64,000 bases of DNA from positions 88,908,001-88,972,000 of the forward strand of contig OZ024741.1 in assembly GCA_964016885.1 (NCBI GenBank), read 5' to 3'. Positions within the stretch are counted from its first letter, which is position 1. The number at the start of each line of letters is the position of its first letter. A program made the translations under genes and the position numbers. A model generated the notes under the pieces. The model made no database searches. It was not told the DNA's origin and saw nothing but the letters and a program-made list of their open reading frames with translations. Source of the DNA: Eledone cirrhosa (lineage: Eukaryota). Of this stretch, positions 53,270-64,000 are shown piece by piece.

Positions 53270-54700
53270 ATCTTCTCTCTTTCATTTAATTTTGAGTTTC
53301 TTTTTTATCGGTAACCTTTCTGGTAGCAAAGTTGTAAAGAAAAGTATATTGTCGTCGACTCTTGTGTAAGCGTTCATCTTTTGAATCGTAAGAATGATTT
53401 ACAAATTTTGAATGTTCCAGATATCGCGGCTATTTGTAGCTTATGAGTTAATGAGTGATGTTTTTTCTCCACAAATCTAAGTTTCGTTATACTTTGGTCC
53501 AGGCGGGTTGGCGGATAACCTGTAGCTCCAATATTAACGAGTATGAAACTGAACGTGTGTTTTGAATACTGAATCTGCAAACCCCTCATCAATAGTCTGA
53601 ATATCCTCCTTCTCTTGCATTTTTCTTACCACATTGACATCAAGTGGACTGCTAACTTTTAAAACAGAGCTTGTTTTTAATGTGTGGTCTCAAACAACAT
53701 TATCAGGTCGGCTGTGCTTTAATTTCGTGGTTGTTTTTATTTTTAGGTTCCACCAGTATTCCTTTGAGCCATCAGCCTCAACATATTCCTCCCTATTTAA
53801 TTTTATTTTCGTCTTCAGTAATGCATTACAGATCGTTCTAACTATCACATCAGGCCTGACTCTTTTATAGTTGGCAATAATATGGCTAACATCTTCAATT
53901 TTTGTTTTGTACAGACTAAATTTATTGATATTGCGGCTATTTGTAGCTTATGAGTTAATGAGTGTACTGGTCCATTTTTTATTTTGTTCGAGCATTGAGT
54001 AGAGTCTTCTAATGTTCATAGGAGAGTGATTTGTATTAAGTTTTATTTCATGTCTCTCTTCTAGATCAGTAGCTATCCTAACCTCATTATGTTCATGCTC
54101 ATAAACCTGGGCAAGATGATCGCTGACCTTTTTCTTCTGTTGAAGATGTTGCTTCAGTATTATTATCCGGATCTCATATGATGTTAATATGGATTTTAGT
54201 CTTCAGTCATACTCCTTGTGTGAGAAGCATAGTCAAATCATATCACCATCGATGTTAAAGTTTCCAGTAACGCTGAACAGCTTGCGGGTTTTTATATCCC
54301 TTTCACACAGTTCTTGCAATCAGCTCAGCAGGACAAATGTTGGCGTTAGGATGGACACTGAGAGTTCTGATGACCATATTCTCCCTACTCTTCTGAGGCA
54401 TTCACTCCAGGTCCTCTCCTTATTTATGAGTCCATTATATCTGACATTCTCATTTTGTCCAAGATACCTATAATTGTCACATGACTGTTGAGGTTGTATC
54501 GTCAAGCCATTCATTTTTAGGTTTTCAGAGGAGGGGGAAACTTTTCCACATTTTATTCCCAAAACGCACATCTGAACTCACCAAATGTCATCCCAATGTC
54601 TGTAGAAAATTGGGTAATGAGGTGCAAATGTTTTTGTCATGTGGTTGATATTTGGTCAATACAAAGAAAAGACGGGAGATAATTCTGGATCCATTTTTAT
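53270..54700 (-). mobile_element. decayed R4/Dong-like (RLE) non-LTR retrotransposon fragments
   Basis: KHSRPDNVV..., IGATGY..., KLQIAAISGTFKICKSFL, and RT-end YRYLGQNENVRYNG. Confidence 0.7.
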
Positions 54701-55127
54701 GGCCACTATGTTTTGTGAGATACCTCTAGTTCTTGTTAGGACATCATTCTAGAAGGAAAACTCTAATGTAAAACCTGCGACTCGATGTCAGACAATGATG
54801 TCGACATATTCTTTTTTTATACCGTTTCAGAGAGTGGGATTGGTCCAGTGCAAGGTCTTTCCTGTCACCCTTGTTCAGAGAGTGGGATTAGTCCAGTGCA
54901 AGGCGTTTTTTCACTTAAAGAATCTTCAAACACAGGCATCACTTGATCTAAACAATTTTCACGTGTGTTGCAGGAGCATGGTCTTTTCATTTTTATTTCA
55001 TTGCAGCATATGCAGAGAGGAATCCAAGTCATTGACAGGCTAAAAAATAATCTTCGTATAACCTATGTATGAGTAAAACGTCATGCAATTCTCGAAACCG
55101 AGATACAGTCATTATGTATGTATGTAT

Positions 55128-55993
55128 GTTCTTCTGGTTTTATAATTTCATAAAGTTTTACCAATAGAGAGAGAGTCGGTTTCTAACATAGACACAAGAC
55201 TCTTTCATTGGAATTTACACAACATCAACTAGGTAGATATGTATGCATGCATGTATGTGTAGATATGGATGTTATTGTATGTGTGGGTGTGTGTTTTGAG
55301 TTGTATGTGTGCATGTATGTATATGCTTTGTATCTGTACATGTGTATATGCAGTTATTAGATGCAAAATATTTGGAATGTTTTACATATTTTTACTGTTC
55401 CATTAATGGATTGTACTTGTAATTTCCTAACTAGTTGTGTTATTTCTGTTCCTGTGAAGCTTAGCTTCTCAAGATTTGTATTGAGGCAGAACCCCAGTGC
55501 CCCAATAATCACAGGCATAAATCTGAAGGTGTAATCAGGGTGGAGTATCTGCAGATTTCTCATCAGTTCTGCATAAATATTCTCCTTTTCGCTAATCTTT
55601 GATATTATATTGGCATCTGCTGGGCAGCTAATTTCCACTACTGTGCATGCTTTCTTCTCCCTGTCCCATATCATAATATCTGGTCTGTTATGCCTGCATT
55701 TTACTGGGGTTTTTTACTGGAACATTCCACCAGTACTCTTTCATATTATGTACATGGACGTCTTCCACATTGCTGTAGCTTTTAATGTTTATTATCGGGG
55801 CTATCTTTTCTATGGATTGTATTGTACAGTGTTTTGGCCACTACATCATGCCTTATAGTTAGATAGTACCGCGATGACATCTTTGGACAGCTGCTGATGA
55901 CATGGGTGATATATTCGATGTTAATTCTGCAGAGTCTGCACTTGTTATCATATCTAGGTATTTTGCCTGCATCCCTATCTCTTTTGTGAATCA
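55128..55993 (-). mobile_element. R4/Dong-like retrotransposon 3' end (CCHC knuckle plus RLE)
   Basis: CRLCRINIEYITHVISSCP..RHDVVAK and RPDIMIWDREKKACTVVEISCPADANI..K..EK...Y. Flanked by (TATG)n. Confidence 0.85.
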
Positions 55994-56073
55994 TATGTAT
56001 GCATGTATGTATGTATGTATGTATGTATGTATGTATGTATGTATGTATGTATGTATGTATGTATGTATGTATG

Positions 56074-56535
56074 TTTATCTATTTCTCTTAATTTCGAGTA
56101 TATTTTTGACCGGCCACCTTCCTGGTGGCAAGGTTGTAAAATAAAAGAAATTGTCATCCCTTGAATCGCAAGAATGTTTTGCAAATTTTGAAGGTGCCAG
56201 CTATCGCAGCCATTTGTAGACTATGAATTAGGGAGCTGCGCTCTTTGTCCGCAAATCCAAGTTCAGTTATACATTGGTCCAAGCGGGTTGGTATATAACC
56301 CGTAGCTCCAATAATGATGGGTATGAAGCTAAAGGTTTATCTTGGATACTGGATTTGTAAACTGCTCATCAATGGTCCGTAGATGTCCTCCTTCTCCTTT
56401 TTCTGACAACGTTTACATCAAGTGGGCAGCTGATCTCCACAACAGAACACTTTTTCAATGTGTGGTCCCAAACAACAATATCAGGCCGGTTGTGCTTTAA
56501 TTTGGTGGCAGTTTTTATTTTCAGGTTCCACCAAT
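56074..56535 (-). mobile_element. R4/Dong-like retrotransposon 3' end
   Basis: YWWNLKIKTATKLKHNRPDIVVWDHTLKKCSVVEISCPLDVNV. Flanked by (TATG)n on both sides. Confidence 0.85.
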
Positions 56536-56589
56536 ATGTATTTATGCATGTATGTATGAATGTATGTATGTATGTATACATACATACAT

Positions 56590-57640
56590 TCAAGTTAACT
56601 TGTCTAAAACTCAAGTTCTAGCATGTAGAAAGGAGAATAGGGCACAGGAGCCCTCTAGGAAATGGCCATGCTCATTGTGTAAGAAGGGAGTAGGTAGAAA
56701 TTCCATTCTATGTCCTAAATGCAAACCAGGAGTACATAAAAGATGAAGTGGGATCACAGGTAAGCTATCTAAGAATGTAAATTTTATATGTGGCCGATGC
56801 TCAGGTGCAGTAAGTAGCAAGGGCCCACTGGATACTATCTCCTTCAACTGCCAAGATGGTTCTATGGAAATAGTAGACACTTTCTGTTACCTGGGTGATA
56901 AAATCAGCAGTGGGGAGGGTGTTCTGAAAGTACAGTAGTCAGAGTTCGAACGGGATAGAAAAAGTTCGGAGGGCTAATACCGCTGTAGGTCACAAAGGGT
57001 TTTTCTCTAAAAATGACAGGCAGATTGTATGATGCTTGTTACGAACAGCAACGTTCCATGGTAGTGAGACCTGGGCATTGTGTGCAGAAGACTTGCGTCG
57101 ATTGGAAAGAAACGAAGCTTGCATACTCCAGTGGATGTGTAATAATAATTGTTTCTACTTTTTGGCACAAGGCCAGCAATTACCCAGTACATTACTGGTA
57201 CTTTATAATGTGTAATAGTAATGTACGTGAATGGCAAAGCATAAACGAATTGAGAGAGAGACTAAGTATAAGAGGTATCAAATGTTGTGTGCAGGAGAGG
57301 AGATTGCGTTGGTATTTTGTCTTAATCTCATTCATTCTCAGCCCCACACTCATCGTCACAGTCTCCACCTCCTGCATCAAATCCTCTGCCTCCTTCACTC
57401 AGAATGCTGAGGATGGCTCTGAACATGCTCACCGACACCCAGTGTTAACACTGCACTCAGTGCTCCTGTGGGAGCCCCTTCATATACACACTGGAAGAGG
57501 AAGACCGAAGTTAACATATGTTGATGCCATAAGGACAGACACTGGTCTGTTGGAGACGCAGGACATGGCAGCGATAATGAGGGACAGAGACCGCTGGAGA
57601 GAACTTGTCCATGGATCTCGGGAATTTTACCCGCCCTAGA
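56590..57640 (+). mobile_element. decayed RTE-like LINE with Cys-rich insert, plus nested fragments
   Basis: KWPCSLCKKGVGRNSILCPKCKPGVHKR, FCYLGD, ERRLRW and GRGRPKLTY...DRDRWRELV. Confidence 0.7.
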
Positions 57641-58302
57641 TAGATACATACATTCATATACACATATACATACATTCATATACACATACAAACATACATA
57701 TATATATGCGTATATATATATGTGTGTGTGTATGTGTGTGTGTGTGTAATTCTATCTGTGTATGTGTAATGTATATGAGTGCTCATTCCATTATATAACT
57801 TGAAAAACAATTAAAAAACAAAAACACATAAGAATCAAGAAAAAGCAAAACAAATTTGTTTGTCAGCTTCTTCTTGGATAGCAATCGAGGTATCTGTTTG
57901 ATTTATGTAAGTAGCTTGTAGGTATTATAATCCGAAGTTTAAAAAGAACCCCCCATTACTAACTATCATTATCTGAGACAAAAAATATTTCTCAGTCATA
58001 ATTATCAAGTTTATTTACTCCTTCTAATCAGATTATGTTAAAGAATAGAAAACAATGGTTTGATTTTTTTCTTTGGTTTCGTTTTTTCTTTTTTTATTTC
58101 TTATTTGTAGATTGTCTTCCACTCCTCTCGCCCAGCTAGACCTGTTTATCTTTCTTTTTTATCTTTTAAAACTCTTCTTTTGATCTTAAAAGAACTGCCA
58201 TATCGATTGTTGATCATCATCATCGTCATCATCATCATCATCATCATAATCATCATCATTATCATCACTAACAATACCATCATCATTAGCAATCTCATTT
58301 TT

Positions 58303-58358
<56 letters not shown>

Positions 58359-58508
58359 TTATTATTATTATTATTATTAGCAACAATGATAATAGTACTT
58401 TTGTTTACATTAGCCAGAAGGGTTCATTCATTTATACAGATAAAACATTAAAATATGGATAAAATATGGAGTGGGGTACAAAAATGTGAGGATAGATATG
58501 ACAAAGCT

Positions 58509-58546
<38 letters not shown>

Positions 58547-58576
58547 GTATGTATATATATGTATATATATATATAT

Positions 58577-60083
<1,507 letters not shown>

Positions 60084-60173
60084 GTATATATATATACGTA
60101 TATATATATACATATACATATATGTATATATATATACATATACATATATGTATATATATATATACATATACAC

Positions 60174-60885
<712 letters not shown>

Positions 60886-60970
60886 AACCTACTCCAGAAA
60901 CTGTTGAGTGCTTTTATATCAGTTATAAAATATTTACTCGTTGTAACCCAACAATTTTAAATAAAACTTT

Positions 60971-61004
<34 letters not shown>

Positions 61005-61451
61005 TAGATATATATATATATACATATATATAGATATATATACATATATATATATATATATTTAATACAATAACAGAGAAAGCTTTAAGCTAAACTCTGA
61101 CTGGTAACCATCTCACTCAACAAACATTAGGGTATACGTTATTATAGCCCCAATTTTGTGTTTGGGGTGCTAACTATATGTATTTTGTGGAAAGCCAGTT
61201 GTATTATTTTATATGAGATATAATTAAAATTAAAATATATCTCTCTTCCCAAACAATTGTTTCATTATAAGTTTTCTACAAGTTGGGAGAATGTTTCCAG
61301 TTTATGTAGAAGCCTAACATATTTTTCTGTAAGACTATATGTAGGTGGGTACTTATAAATCATCAGTGGATGCCCATTAACCTTTGATATAATAAAAAAT
61401 TTCTTACCGCAGTTATTTTTCGTGTCCGCTAAGTCATCCCTTCACGCATCA

Positions 61452-61539
<88 letters not shown>

Positions 61540-61821
61540 GCACACATATATATATATGTACGTATGGATTCACCGAACATTTATTATAATGCTCGGTGTG
61601 TGTGTAAACAAGCATCCCGTATTAAGCCGTAGTTCTAGCAACCATCGTTGTTCGTTTGTTCAACACTGACAAAGGAACATATATATATATATGTGCATGT
61701 ATGTATATATATATACATACTACTGTACGTCTGTATACATATATGTATGTACGTATACATACTTATATTTAAGTAACAGCCGTACTAAGAGTGGGAAATG
61801 AAATTTCGTTTCATTTTTTCC

Positions 61822-63020
<1,199 letters not shown>

Positions 63021-63287
63021 CACATAGAAAAATGAGAAAACTCGTCGCTTGAACAACAGTTAAAACAGCTAAATGCTGTCAAAGACAGCTATGGGCAAAA
63101 ATGCCTCAGAAGACCAGCGGCCAGTGATCAACGGAGAGACAATCCACAAGATGGATAACACGCAGATTAAATATAGAAAAGATGGCGCACAGAAGTGACT
63201 GAAAGAAGGAAATAAAGAAAGGTGATGTACAAGACAAGTTTACACACATCTTGACACTCATCAGCTCTGAAACCAGGAAAATGGTTT

Positions 63288-63435
63288 CGCACGATTTAAT
63301 TAATTGTCCTCCTCCTCTTTCAATCTTTTGTATATTTCATCTACCTGTCACCCACTCTAACCCACCCTGTGGGTGAGAGGCAGATGAAATTAAGAAAAGA
63401 CTCAAAGAGGAGGAGGACAATTAATTAAATCGTGC
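63288..63435. repeat. ~150-bp hairpin, MITE-like
   Basis: GCACGATTTAATTAATTGTCCTCCTCCTCTTT vs AAAGAGGAGGAGGACAATTAATTAAATCGTGC, with imperfect inner arms. Confidence 0.8.
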
Positions 63436-63451
63436 AAATTACAAATTGACA

Positions 63452-64000
63452 GAAAAAATTGTCAGATTTTGTGGAGACAACTGCAATACAAGGTTTGGTG
63501 GTGTCAAATAAAAAGGCAAGAAGAAAATATTTAACCGATTAAAAACCTAACTTGAAAGGGGCCTTGTTAGCATTGGTGAACAACTGTTGATCTATTACCA
63601 ATGGATATCAAAGCATTTACTGTGAACATTTTCAAACATTTTGGTATATACACACTTTGTGTGACACGGGTAGAATATGTTTGTGACTTCGCCAGAATAC
63701 AATGGTAATAACAGATTTGTGAATGCTACCAACGGTTGAAAGAATTAACATTTTTTCTGGCTTTTAATTTTAGTTTGTTCCAAAGATCACTGTCCAGGAC
63801 TGATAAAACAATTATTTGAAAATTATTTGGGGTCAAATAGATTTATGGTTTGTATATGGAGACCTTTTCAACTAATCAGTTCTGGTGATGGAGAAAGACA
63901 ATTCCAATGCAGCAAATATCAACTAGAAATAGAAAATTGTATTACAAATGTAGAACAACAATAGCAACACAAAAATGAATTTGTGTTTCGGGATGCCAAA
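63452..64000 (+). mobile_element. decayed hAT-like transposase remnant
   Basis: EKIVRFCGDNCNTRFGGVK*KGKKKIFNRLKT*LERGLVSIG...DLLPMDIKAFTVNIFKHFGIYT resembles the hAT DN.NTNFGG region. Contains in-frame stops. Confidence 0.55.

Noticed and set aside
63235-63290. Minus-strand GAAACCA..TGGTTTC..CTGATGAG as a type II hammerhead
   Set aside because: Stems I and II cannot be formed convincingly.

Overview
AT-rich, microsatellite- and transposon-dense animal genomic DNA. The repeat families resemble those of octopus/cephalopods (inference). The only host gene I can support is the 5' part of a tRNA isopentenyltransferase (TRIT1/MOD5/miaA family) on the minus strand, with coding exons at 39380-39508, 32282-32422 and 18941-19039. 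Its 13.2-kb second intron has clear U12 (minor spliceosome) signals. The rest is tRNA-derived SINEs, decayed RTE, CRE-like and R4/Dong-like LINEs, piggyBac, Helentron and Tigger-like MITEs, an hAT remnant and Penelope-like (GIY-YIG) elements. From about 37 to 61 kb there are many (TA)n-embedded insertions with inverted arms and type I hammerhead ribozyme motifs. The most unusual observation is a 102-nt RNA motif shared by two diverged ~500-nt non-coding elements (44114-44215 and 44648-44749 on -, 48837-48938 on +). It has all hammerhead core segments but in a non-canonical strand order. It also carries a box C/D-type kink-turn and at least 8 compensatory base-pair changes between the two elements. 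Almost all ORF-track entries are microsatellite artefacts.
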